This document shows positions 39,193 to 54,180 of a stretch of 64,000 nt of DNA, one piece after another. Source of the DNA: the human T2T-CHM13v2.0 reference genome, Homo sapiens; the NCBI RefSeq assembly GCF_009914755.1, contig NC_060930.1; one strand, written 5' to 3'. The notes below the pieces were generated by a model. The model was not told the origin of the DNA. It saw only the letters and a program-made list of their open reading frames with translations, and did not search any database. Both the position numbers and the translations under genes were made by a program. How positions within the stretch are numbered: position 1 is the stretch's first letter; each line of letters begins with the position of its first letter.

Positions 39193-39567
39193 CAGGGGTC
39201 CCCAATCCAGTACTGGTCCGTGGCCTGTTAGGAACTAGGCCGCACAGCAGGAGGTGAGCAGTGGGCAAGTGAGCAAAGCTTCATCTGTATTTATGGCTGC
39301 TCCCCAACACTCACATTACCTCCTGAGATCCACCTCCTGTCAGATCAGCAGTGGCATTAGGTTCTCATAGGAGTGCGAATCTTATTATGAACTAACTGTG
39401 CATGTGAGAGATCTAGGCTGCGTGCTCTTTATGAGATTCTAACTAATGCCTGATGATCTGAGGTGGAACAGTTTCATCTCAAAACCATCTCCCCCATCCT
39501 CCAGTCCGTGGAAAAACTGTCTTCCATGAAACCAGTTCCCTGTTACCAAAAAGGCTGGAGACCGCTG
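39193..39567 (+). mobile_element. MER1-family (hAT-Charlie) DNA transposon
   Basis: caggggtcccca...tggagaccgctg terminal inverted repeats; 8-bp TSD agttagag / agttacag. Confidence 0.92.
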
Positions 39568-40619
39568 AGTTACAGGGTTCTTTTTTCTTTCCCCTCAGAG
39601 TTCTTGGAATCTTTGTTCAGCTGATAAAGTAGCCCTGGCGTGTTGCTAAATATCCAAGAGTTTAGCCTTAGAGTTCATCAACACTTCTGTGTTTAGTCCT
39701 AACTACTCAAATTCAGGCACCGCATTTTAAAATCCTTGCTTGCTCTCTACTTTCAGCATGCACATTTACATGAAGTGTTTTCAGCTCTTTTCTCCTATGG
39801 CTTTGTTTTCCATTTTCTCCACAGTTTTTCTCTTTTCTGTAGGGAAATCTAAGCAAGGGGGGAAATGGTATGTAGTGGGTCGTGTCTGAATGGGCAGCCA
39901 AGAAATTCCAGTTTTTAAATCCAGTTTTCTTCTGTGTTACATAGCGAGTCATGCCACACCTAAGCCTCAGGTACATTTTCAACATCACATTCATGGAAAA
40001 AACATTGCACACGGTTTTGTTTGCACTTGTTTTGTCTCTAAAAGGTCGTGTGGCCTGAAGGCAGAAACTTTTCTATTTTGCTTGAAAAGGGTAGTTATCG
40101 TTCAAGCATGGTTGCATAGTAACAATGATTGCACAGAAGTAAAACCCAGAATTTCTATAAGAATTTCATTTTTATGTCTAGTTTGAGCTTCTGTCTGAGA
40201 CTTGACGTTTTTGGGTTCCTCGGTCCTCCAAGGGGGACAGGGCACTGCTAAGATGTCAACAGTAAAATATTCAGGCACATGTGAGATTTTTGCTAAATAC
40301 CTCATAAATTCAGGCAGAACCTTAAGGTTGTACTGAGCTCTGTAAGGTAGATCTTGGGAAGAAGCCATTAGGGCAAAGGAGAGTTGGTTACTGTCACGAC
40401 AGTTTCAGAAACTAGTGGCCTTCATTGAAGTAGAGGAAGAGGGAGTGAAGGGTGTGTGATGCTGGGTGGTGCTTGACTTTGGGGAGCTTCAAATAAACAG
40501 CTTGAAAGAAACTTTTAAGAGCAAGTGCTTTTTTTTTTGTCTTCATAGGAAGTGCTAAAACTAACACCAAACTGCAAAGCTACCAATTTATCCCTGGAAT
40601 AATAATAACATCTGTCTTT

Positions 40620-40840
40620 TATTTAGACCTACTATCTACTAGCCACATATGAATCATTCTATGTATTTCATTTAATATTTACAACAAATCTATAAGAAAG
40701 ATGTTATAATCCTTATCTTACAGATTTACTGAAACTCAGAGATTAGACAACAAGCCCAAAGTACCACAGCTGGGAAAGGGTGATGGGATTTTAAACCAGG
40801 CTAGTGTGACCCCAAAGTCTGTACTTTCCTACGGCTACAC
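40620..40840 (-). mobile_element. MIR
   Basis: tcatttaat...ttacagat...gaaactcagagattag...gcccaaagt. Confidence 0.7.
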
Positions 40841-41208
40841 ATTATTGTAGGAAGCGTGTTGGAGATGCATCAAGGACCCTGGAAGTTGCTGCCGGTGGGA
40901 GGGAGGATGAAAGGCTTCAGTAAGGCAAGTTGCCGACAGCTGTCATCAACAAGGGTGATGACCTCAGGAGCCAATGCCAGAAGGTACTTCTGGAAGCCAC
41001 TAGCAGGGACCACCACATGCAGATGCCCTCAGAGGTGCAGTGCCAGACTGGGAGTCTTACACCTGGGGAGGGGGCTCATGGCCTCCCTGCCACTCCAGTC
41101 CCAGTGCCCCTTGGCCTCTAGGATGAGAAGACAGACCCATGGCCTTTCAAGGTGTTCCTTCTTACAAAGGGCAAATAACAAGGCTTCTCTTTGAAACTTG
41201 ATGAGGGC

Positions 41209-41328
41209 TTCAAGAAGAATTAAACTGTAATCTGACCTTCAGATTACAGATTGAGGGTGCAGCCTAAAACATGAGGATTTCCTAAGCAAAAACACCAACC
41301 CATAAAACAACAAGGAACCTTGCTGCAA
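41209..41328 (+). repeat. Copy 2 of the 120-bp dispersed direct duplication
   Basis: Aligns to 38690-38809 at an offset of 2519 bp. Confidence 0.95.
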
Positions 41329-42086
41329 ACTTGGGTACTGATCACGGGAGGAGAGGATAAAAAGGCTTGGAAGAAGCAAGCCCTTGGCAAAATAGAAAGG
41401 ATGTGAGCAAAGACAGGGAAAAAAAGAAAGAAAAAGAAGTGCTTGGAAATGACATGTAAGGATAAATATAAATTAAGAAACTGATAATATGGGAGAAAAA
41501 ATTACCTGACTATCAAACTCCTGAAAAATAGAAGAATAATTTCTAGAGAGGAAATTTTCAGACCACCATGGGGATATTAAGTGAGACACCAAGAATGTTC
41601 CTTAAGGATGGACATAACTTGTTTAGTGGAGGGTACAACTTGAGGAAATGGGAGTACTTTGATCAGTGCAGGACAGGGCCATTGGCTCAAATGCTTAGCA
41701 CAGGATAGGATTTCCCACAATGCTTCACGCCATGCTTACAAAGCCTGATCAAGCCAGGGCACTGCTACCAATCCCCTGATGGAGGCTGCTCGTTATTTTC
41801 TGCTCCCACAACAAGTTCTACAAACATTTTAAGCAGTCAACAAACTTGTGTTTTAAACTATGTTATGCTATTCTTCTTTAGCCAAGGCACCATCTGAGGA
41901 AGCAGAGTGAGGCACACACAGAGCTCCATGCCCCTTCCTGCTTGTTGGCTGAATGCTGCATTAACCCGACTTTCTGATGTGCTGGGTAACTGTCCACGGA
42001 AAAGACAAGACTTTTGTTTTTGCATTATTATATTACTTGTAATGATGACAGAGTTATACATTTTTTAATTAAAAATACTGAGGCTG

Positions 42087-42406
<320 letters not shown>

Positions 42407-44335
42407 TCAGAGTAGCATTTAAAAAGTGTTCCTTATTCTGGTTACTTCACACATTCACATTATTATCACAATCACAGGGGGAATGCCAAGAGTTGCCTCT
42501 ATTCAAAAATATTAAAATTGTACGAATTATTAAAGAAAGTCATGACCATAGAAAGTATACGAATATAGATATATTGGTATTCCTGACACTGGAATGAACA
42601 TTTAATTTAATCTTGCTTGTAGCCTGGCTGTATGATGGCAGAAGAAATAAATAAAAAGAAATACAAAGCAGTGCATATGGAAGTGGAGGCAAGACACAAA
42701 CATGGAAATTCCCCTGATGACATCAAACTATGTTATTGATCCCACATTCTTGTACAAAGGTGGGGTGTACAGACCCAGAATGGTGACAGGCCCGTGAGCT
42801 TACCTTCTGATGGCAAAACAGACCAGGCAAGGAGGGCCTGGCAGCCGTGGGTTATTTATTAACTACTGTGTGTATTAAAGGAACAGCCCAGAAACCAGAA
42901 CACAGACAGAAAGGGAAAGACTTCAACCTGAAAGAGGAAAACAGTCTCTTCCATTAGATCAAGTAACGGGAGCTTTCAGATACACTTGAGATATCTTAGC
43001 AAGAAAAGCAGAGAACAACAATAAACAGTTGCTCAAGAGTAGCCAAAACCAAGGTGGAAATTAACACTGACCATAAAGCTGACCTTGACAACGACCGTTT
43101 TTCCTAATCTCATCATCTCTTCTTACGCACTTTATCCAGGTCAAATATGCCTCACATAGCCCCTGCAGCACAAAGAGTGCTTAATAACTATTTATTGAAT
43201 TGAAATAAAATGAATACTACCCTTTCCATGAAGCCAACATCAATGAGGCTGAATCATTAAATTCATTTGCCTCTTAGTTTCTTGATTATCTCCACTATAC
43301 TGCATCCCACTTCAGCTACTGAATCCCATTGTCACACCCTGCCCATGAGTACACTACCTCTGAAATTCTCTTTCTGTGCCTCTTTCCTTTCCTGTTAGCT
43401 CTTTCACACTTTTCCAGTTGCTCAGCCAGCCATTTTCTCCTGGAAGGTCACTGAACTCATCACTCACCAGCACTCACAACTGACCCAAATGCTCAAATGG
43501 TGAATCACTCCTGTCATCTGCTCCTTCTCATCCTCCACTAAGGACACTGGAGATAAACTTTATACAAGTATTCGCATGAGACTTCAAAGTTCATAACTCA
43601 CACTTTTGCCTCAGAACGTCAATCTTTCTTTGGTTTTGCTCTGCATTCTGTTCAGCTCCCTGAAGTGGCTATCCTAAAACCTTTCCCAATTTATGCACAC
43701 CTCCTAATCAGCTCTCAGCAAATGTCTTCATTATTTTGATGAGAGAGGAAAGCGTTTCTATCCACTCTGTAGCTGCCTGAGGGCAGAGCTGGGGGGATAG
43801 AATTTGATGCAAAGGACACAATATGATTGAAAAAATCTTAAATATCAGGAACCCATTTTATATATTCATTTTTTACAATGTAGAAAGTAATGAAACGATT
43901 CAAAGAATCTACACTTGGTGGCATCTTATTCTACTTAACTTGAGCTATACAGAGTGGGATGAGACATAGAGAACCTAAGACCAAGTGACTGGGTACAGAG
44001 ATAATACCAAAAAATTCTATGTGTTGCAGAATTCCCTAGAACTTAGAACGAAGAAAATGTTTCAGAATTTGAGGCAAGAAAATCTTAGGGGAAATGTATA
44101 TTTCCCTTCAGTGACTGAAAGAATGAGATCTTTGACAAAACTGTGCCTACCTGCTGATCTCTCTTCACCAGCACCTACCCTGAAAACAGATTCAGTTCAA
44201 AAAGGGCTTTTTGTGAAAGACACCGAGTATTGGAAAAAAAAAAATCCGTATGGTTTTGGAGGCTTCAAATAGCCAATTACCTAAACAATAATGCTGGCTG
44301 AAAGAAACATATTTTTTTTTTTTGCTTTATTTCCC

Positions 44336-44774
44336 TGTGCTGGGTTGAACAGCGTCTCCTGAAAATTCATGTTTACCTTGAACCTCAGAAGGGGACCTTA
44401 TTTGAAAATAGGGTTTTTGCAGATGTAATTGGTTGAGAGGAGATCATACTGGATTAAGGTGGGATCTAAATCCAATGACATGTGTCTTTATGAGAGAAAG
44501 GAGAGAGAGATTCAGACATAGATACGTACAGAGAGAAGATGGAGGCATGAAGATGGAGGCAGAGATTGGAGTGATGCTGCCACAAGCCCAGGAATGCCAG
44601 AAGCTACCAGAAGCTGGAAGAGGCAAGGAAGGGGAGTTTTTGGAAGGAACCTGGCCCTGCCTATATCTTGATTTCAGACTCCTGATCTCCAGAGCTGTGA
44701 GAGAATAAATTTCTGCTGTTTGAAGCTATCCAGCTTGCAGTCATTTATTACAGCAGCCCTAGGAAATTCATACA
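44336..44774 (+). mobile_element. MaLR LTR (MLT1C/B-like)
   Basis: tg..gggttgaa...gaacctcagaa...ggaggcagagattggagtgatg...cagcagccctaggaaa..ataca. Confidence 0.88.
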
Positions 44775-45899
44775 TCCTCAATTTTCTACCACAAACTAAA
44801 AATTTGGAGATTTGTACATTTCTACCTAGGTCATGATTGTCCCTGTCATTGTTTGTGACACGAACTCATCAACTCATCACAAATACACATTTCTCATACA
44901 TGACTGAAGCTAAATAGGTTTTTTTATTTATAGCTAAATATATGTGTGTCATGCTTTAGCTATTAATTTTGGGGGTAAAGCGGGAGAAAGTACCTTTCTT
45001 GTCTTGTCTGATTATACTCAGCAATATGTGAGAAACACAGGGAGGTTACTAGCGCCCTTTTGAACAATTTTCCTGTACTCATTCTTCCAACTCTACCCAT
45101 TTAACCTGTGGCTCCTTGCTTGTTAAAACATGAGAGGACGAGTGGAACACAGCTCTTCAAAAACAACTTGCAACTCGATAAATTCAAAACTAAAACAAAA
45201 GGAGAGAGGCGATGGGTGTAATCTGTAATGAGCTGGAAATTTTGTAAATTCCCATCACTTTTCTTCCTGCCTGTTCTTGTTCCTGGCACCCAGCTTTACA
45301 TACCCACCTGAGGCACAAGTTGCTGCCCACATAAAAGCCCGTAATCCATCTCTGGAAAAAGTTATCAAGAGGTCAGCTAGCTCCTAAAGTGATGCTGCCT
45401 ATGGGAACATTTCAGCCAGAACTAACCATGTAGATGGATGAGCATATGATCATGCTGACATGCTCATGTGACAATGGGAGCACAGAGGTATCTGCCCCTC
45501 TCTCTCCATGTCTCCTGCCGTATCCTCATCCCTAACAGGAACGGCTCTTTTAGCCTGACAATGTATCCCAGGTATGAGAGACAACCAGAATTAACAAGGA
45601 AATGGCATCTTTGCACCACAGACACTCCACTCTGAAGAAGGTAAGGGTGCAATGCAAATCCTGACTTGCTGATGTGGTGTCAAGGGGCCACAGTCAAGGG
45701 GCCACAGCATGAATGGACCTGTCAGCTAAAGCACATGAGGTGATGGCAAGAAGAGATGAAGTGGGAAAGAGATGAAGAAAAGGAAGGAAAAAGAGAAGAA
45801 ATGAGGGCGAGGAGGCTTCTGGGAAATAACTCACCCCTTACTGTAATCCCGAATTCTCATGCGTCTACCATCTTCAAACACAACCTTGCCCTGCCAGCC

Positions 45900-46290
45900 A
45901 CAATTGGTAAGTTCAGGGAAGGGTGCCCAGCCTATCTTGGAACTTTTCAAACGACGAAAAAGAATTCAACCCCCTCTAGAAGCTGAATATGAGCTGTGAG
46001 GTTCAGCAACCTCCAGGGATGATGTTTCTCAGCACATGAAAGAAGCCAGCATTCAGTGAGATACCATCAAGCAAGCACACAGAGAGGTACCAGAGACAAG
46101 ATAAGACAGGTTTGGCAGAGTTCGAACACTTCACTGAAGCTGTTCCTGAAACCAGTTGCATCTCTACCAACTGTGGTTTATTTACTCAAGTTTTCCTCTT
46201 AATAAATGAATCGATACATTCCTTTCTTTTTCTGAAACTAGTTCAGCTTGGGTTTCTATTACTTGCAAATAAAAGTCCTGATTAATAATC
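45900..46290 (+). mobile_element. Old MaLR LTR 3' part (MLT1-like)
   Basis: agctgttcctgaa...ttgggtttctattacttgcaa...gtcctgattaata. Confidence 0.55.
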
Positions 46291-47099
46291 AAACACAAAT
46301 AAGTATAAATCATCAATTCATTAATATGTATGTGCAATCATGCATGTGCTACCTGAAATTTTTTTCTTCACATTGGAACATTGCCACATAAAATACTTTG
46401 CTTTTGTTTTACTCTTCCAGTTTATTTACTATTCTTAATTGGACCTGCGTAAGTTAAAAATAGTTACTTCAGTAAATGCCCTTGAAGAGTAATATGTTGG
46501 GAGAGAATCACTTCCTCTACTACATACCTCTACTACATACCAATATCTTTCTCCCTTGCTTATTGATTTCTGAATTTCCACCTAGGCACTTAGGATTAAG
46601 GCTATTTGACTTGATGAAAGAGGTAACATGTTATGATTTACAGTCATTTATTTTTAAATATGAATGAATTAGGTCCTTTGGCCAAACACTTCAAGAATAT
46701 AAAAACAAACAAAACAGAACATTACTTTTAAGACAGTTTATAACACAGCATGCTTAGTGTATATATTGTTGTTTGAATTTTTAATAGATTACTCATGAAC
46801 TGTAAGGTACCTTCTGTACCTATATTAGCATATATAGTAATTATCAATTACTTGAGATATTCAATACAGCAGAGATCACCTAGAACTTTATGAAAATTTG
46901 AAATTAACATATCTATGGCCAACAAGAAGTAGTTAATTTTAAATTCATACGTATATGGCCAGCAAGAAGTAGGAGTGTCCCAGAGGTCCCATCTTGGCTG
47001 TGCGACTAACCAGCTGTGGGACATGCCATAAGTAAGTCACATGATAATAGCTCTGCTTCCAATCCAGCTCTAGTCTATGTACAGACTAGATGAATATAT

Positions 47100-47275
47100 A
47101 TATTCATTTAATCCTCAAAGCAACCTTATGTGTTTAGGTAAAAGAATTATTCCACATTTTACAGATACAGAAGATGAAGCACATATAAGTTAAGAAACTT
47201 GCCCAAGTGTCACAGCGCAGATTTGACTCTGGCGGTCTGGATCAAGAATGTGCTCCTGACCACCACGTGATATAC
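47100..47275 (-). mobile_element. MIR
   Basis: tcatttaatcctc...attttacagat...aacttgcccaag. Confidence 0.75.
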
Positions 47276-47329
47276 TCGTATCTTTATTAGCAGGGTCACG
47301 GATGGGACAGCATCAGTGCTCTACCAAGA

Positions 47330-47713
47330 ACACTTCAGATCCCTGGAGCCTTTTCAGTGCACCTACCACCTGGTTCTGTTCTAGGTTCCTCATTTCTAAT
47401 CACTTGTATCTGCAACTTTCCTCGGAGGACTACCTTGCAGAGAACTAGTGCCACAAAATATACATTCCCCTGGGGCAGGTGAAAGGTATGGAGATGGGGA
47501 TGTCCAGCAACCTTGCCCAGATGGGACATGTTCTCCATGGGTTTGGGTTGAGGCTGGAACTGCAACAGAATCACACTCTTGCTCAGCTTCTTCTTCCCTT
47601 GCCTTACTCTCCCCACCAGCCAACCCCCGACCCAGTGTTTTCTCCTGGCACTTCCTTAGTAAATCAATTGCACATAAATCCATGTCTCAAGGGGATACAT
47701 TTCAAATAAGACA
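47330..47713 (+). mobile_element. Old ERVL LTR (LTR16-like)
   Basis: Ends with cttccttagtaaatcaattgcacataaatcc..gtctca...aagaca. Confidence 0.55.
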
Positions 47714-48899
47714 AGCAGCATAATGGTGGAACATTTTTTTGGAACACATTTTATTGGGTTTGATTCTTGCTTTATTATTTTCTATCTCTATTTCTTTGTT
47801 TAACTTCTCACCAACTCGGTTCCTTTAGCAGTAAATTAGTGATAATGAGGCTTACTTATAAGATTATTTAAGCATTCAATGGCTGGTCCATGTGAAGCAA
47901 CAAATACCTTGTAGGTGCTCAAACAATAGTACTAGTATTACTATCTTAAGTTGGATCCTGAGTTTTTAAATGCAATTTTAACATTTTACACTCACAGACA
48001 ACAAGTAAGTCTATACAAGTAATCCATTCACAAGTTCCAATATTTCAAAATCTAATTTTAAGGCTTGTATGTCACAAATATTCAGGCAAAAATATTTCCA
48101 TAAATATTAATGATATTGCAAACTATGTAATCATGAAATATATATTTGTGAGTGCCATCTCAATATATTAAGGATTTGATTTTCTAATTTTTATGTATAA
48201 GACTTAGCTATATTTTCTCTACAGAGATCTTTTTCTGAAATATGGCATCCCTCTTTTATCAAAGGCAACTTATTTACATTCACTTGTGTATGTTTATATA
48301 TAGTTTTAAGTATAAATTTTCCTTATCACTTTGATTTAAAAATGTTTTCGTTCAAGAGATGTTCCTATGAATGAATGTTCATTCTTGGACTCAAATGACA
48401 ACTCCCCACCCACCAACAAAAGCCCCACCTATATCTACATACTATGTGCTCTTCGTTAGGTGCTGAGGGAGGAAATAATGATGCATCACACATGAATCTG
48501 ACAGTCTTATGGATCAAATTCTAGAACAGTAGAGAAGCTAAAGCTATATAATAATCATTTTCTGTTGCTTTCCAGCATCAATTCCCCAATATTTTCCTAT
48601 CAGGAATCCTGAACTTCCGAGCTACATCTTTTGGCTAAGAATGATCCCCAACTTCCTTGGGTGGCCTAAGCCCACTTATGTAATCCCATCCTTGATATGA
48701 GCTGAAATTGATCCAATCACAAGGAATCTGTAGACTTTTACATGGTAGCTAAAAGCTATCCTCTCCTTTCCCCTGGATGTGAAAGAGAAACTGTGCTACA
48801 TCAGAAGTCTGTGCTGCCATTTCTCTACCATGAGGCAAAATAGCCTAAGGATGAAGATAATACAATGTTAAGGGCAAGCTCAAAATGAAGCTACAGCTC

Positions 48900-49214
<315 letters not shown>

Positions 49215-49589
49215 AAAGCTACAGCTCTTGAAATATCATGAACCTCTAGGCTAAGGGATTTGCTTCAAATAAATCCAAGCAACATTCAGTTGAAATAAAA
49301 ATGGGTTTGATGATGATAATAACTGTCAATGACAATTATTTTCTTCAATCACCCTTTATTTGTTTCTTCCCGTCTTCAGACAAGCAACGAAGGCTGAGGT
49401 GACTACTCAAATCTGGATTAACCCATTTCTTGTTTGCTCTGAGAAATGAGCACTGGCAGCAAGCAACACTTTCTTTTTTTTTTTTTTTTTTTTTCTAAAT
49501 GGGAAATAGGTTAAGGTGGAAATTTTAATTCGGCTATCTGGAAAAATATACATATAAAACAAAGCATTCCCAAAATAACTAATAGCTAA

Positions 49590-49981
<392 letters not shown>

Positions 49982-50116
49982 TCATCTTATTTCCCATTTT
50001 TCATCTTCAAAGTGTCCTCTAAGTTGCTTTTTAGTCATAGCTATCATCCTAATCCACATCTCTCATTAATCCTATAGGAGTTATAACAATAGTCATCTAC
50101 TTATCTTCTTGGATGT

Positions 50117-50470
50117 TGCTATTGGTCTGAATGTGTCCCCCAAAAATTCTCATGTTGAAATTTAATCATCAATGTGATGGTATTAAGAGGTAGGGTCTTT
50201 AAGAGGTGATTACATGGATGGGATTAAGGCTATTACAAAAGGGTTTGAAAGACTGGGTTCATTCTCATGCCCTTCTACTTTGTACCATGTGAGGACACAG
50301 CAACAAGGTGCCATCTTGGAATCGGACAATAGCTTTCACCAGACAGCAGACACCAATGACAGTGCCTTGACCTTGAACTTCCCAGCCTCCAGAACTGTAA
50401 GAAATACGTTTGTGTTCTTTATACATTGCCCAGTCTAAAGTATTTTGTTATAGCAACACAGACTAAGACA
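50117..50470 (+). mobile_element. MaLR LTR (MST-like)
   Basis: tgctat.ggtctgaatgtgtcccc...catgttgaaa...gactaagaca. Confidence 0.88.
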
Positions 50471-51023
50471 TGTTTAGTAACTTGCCTTTTGGAGAACACT
50501 CTATTTCCCAAGCAGATGATCTTCCCAAATCGCACTTTTCACCTTGTTAATCTGACCAATCATATTCAATGGCTCCACACTGCCCGTCCTGTAGCTGATA
50601 AAGTCAGTACTTCTTTTTCTGACATTCAGGGCTCACTGTCATTAGCTGCATGTTACCCCCATGGTCCCATATGCATGAATTCCAGTCATAGAAATCCCTT
50701 CCCTTTATGCACTATGTTCATTCTTACACTTACGATTTCATTCGTGCTGTTTTCCCCATCCAATAAGTCCCCCTTATGCAACTTTGCTTATTTAAATCCT
50801 ATTCATTTTTGAAAGCTCAAGTTTTGTTTTCCCTGGATGCTTATGTGATTATTTTGGCTCACATTTGCCCTGTTGCTCAGAACTTCTTTCAGGAGGCAGT
50901 ACTATGTGGTAGCTTAAAGCCAAAGACTTGGTTTGGAATCCAAGGTCTGCCCCTTACTAGTTGTGTGACCTGAGGCAAATTACTTAACCTTACTGAAACT
51001 CAGTTACTTTAGTTATAAAATAG

Positions 51024-51331
<308 letters not shown>

Positions 51332-52139
51332 CAAATCAACTTTTAATCTATTACAAAAACTAAAGGAGAAATGTGTCTAGCACATAATTTGTTGTAAACA
51401 TTAGTTTAAAACTATACTCAGTTCTGTACAATTTATCACATATGTAACTTTTTTACTGAATGCAATTATTTCATATGCAAATTTTTTCTCCTTAGTTGGA
51501 GTAACAGTTCATTGTTTTACTACTTGCTGCCAATTCATTACATGGGGCTGACTTTTTTTAAAGCCTTTGTTATTTGTGTATGAGTGTCTGTGTGTGTGTA
51601 ATTAAGAAAACACAACATGAAGATTAGATCTTGCTATTCTTTGACATGCTATTGCATACATCTCTATAGGTATGAGCTGTTTTTAAATGATACATGAATT
51701 GTTTTTTAGTTTAACCTGTATTTCAAATTCCAGCATTTCACAGAGTCAAATGCACATACAGTTCATACAGAGTAGATATATATAATTTTGCTTTTTCATG
51801 CTGCAGAAAAAATGATTCAGAGAACTTTTCCAATAGTTTTTTGGTGGTTTCGTTTGTTTCTTTCAGTCAATACATGCGCTTCAATTCAGCAATACATCAA
51901 AGGGGTGAGTATATCTGAATTTCTGCCAGTCCTATGCAGGATAGATAGATGCACATGTACTAACATGTTTTATGGAGGATGAAAAACTGCAGAAATGGGC
52001 AATATACAGGAACATAACTCCACATCACAGAACGACAAAGGAGACAGAACTATGCACTAAAAAAATGCTTGAGTACTACAACTTTATTTTATGTGACCCA
52101 TCCTCCTATCCTGGGGAAGTAAAGATTAACAGAAGAAAT

Positions 52140-53260
<1,121 letters not shown>

Positions 53261-53462
53261 TGGTTTCATTGCTTACTAACTGAATGGCCCATGACAACTT
53301 GACAACTTAATTAACTGTATGAGTCTCTGTTTCCTACCACACAAGGTGATCATGAGGATTGCATGAGATAAAAAATCCCACACAGGAGAAGAAAGTCTTC
53401 TCAGTAAATGACCTGAGGTCAGCTGGTTATTCATATGGGGGGAAAAAAATCAATCTTGACTC

Positions 53463-54180
53463 TGATAGCGGCAGGAGGCAGACAAATTCCTAGGCAGATA
53501 GGGGCGGGTCCCTGGTGAAACCTGACCTTCAAACTAAAGACAATTTAAAGCCTGAAAACCAAGCCACAAGTCTTGGATAAATCCACAGACTGGATTGAGA
53601 ACCTCTGTTCCCATTTGGCGCACATTCCTTTGATTGATCCCCACCCTTCACCTATTTAACACATATCTACCCTTCCCTAATTGGTGTTTTACGCTGTTGT
53701 ACCACCTTTGAGTGGTGTCTTTATTTTAGCCTTTTTTGCATACTCACAAACCAATCCACACACATTCTCCTATTCTGAACTCATGAAAGTCCCAGACTCA
53801 GCCACACTGGGGGACTGACCACCTTTGAGTTGAGAGCACTACCCAACTTTGGGTAAATAGGCTGCCCAACTCGTGTCTCACTCTCTGCTGAAAGCTGTTT
53901 CATCACTCAGTAAAACTCTCCACCCTGCTGACTCTTCAGTTGTCCAAGTAATCTCATTCTTCTTGGACATGGGACAAGAACCCAGGACCCGCCAAACAGC
54001 AGGTGCAAAAGGAGCTATGTGACAGGAACCAGCTGCCCTATGTGACAGGAACCAGCAGCAGAGCCAGGCCAACCCAGGGGCCACGGTCCAGAGTGGGGCA
54101 ATGGGAACAAATGAGCAGAGGTTCCATCGGCCACAGAATTTTCTGGCTTGCAAAGTGGCATCGAAAAACATCTTGTGTCA
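53463..54180 (+). mobile_element. ERV1-class solo LTR (MER50-like)
   Basis: TG...CA ends (tgatagcggcaggagg...cttgtgtca); interrupts an L1M segment; GC box, CCAAT and an agtaaa poly(A)-like signal. Confidence 0.8.

Noticed and set aside
40856-41194. GC-richer 112-aa ORF between the duplicated segments
   Set aside because: Non-ATG start and no recognisable protein features; consistent with chance.
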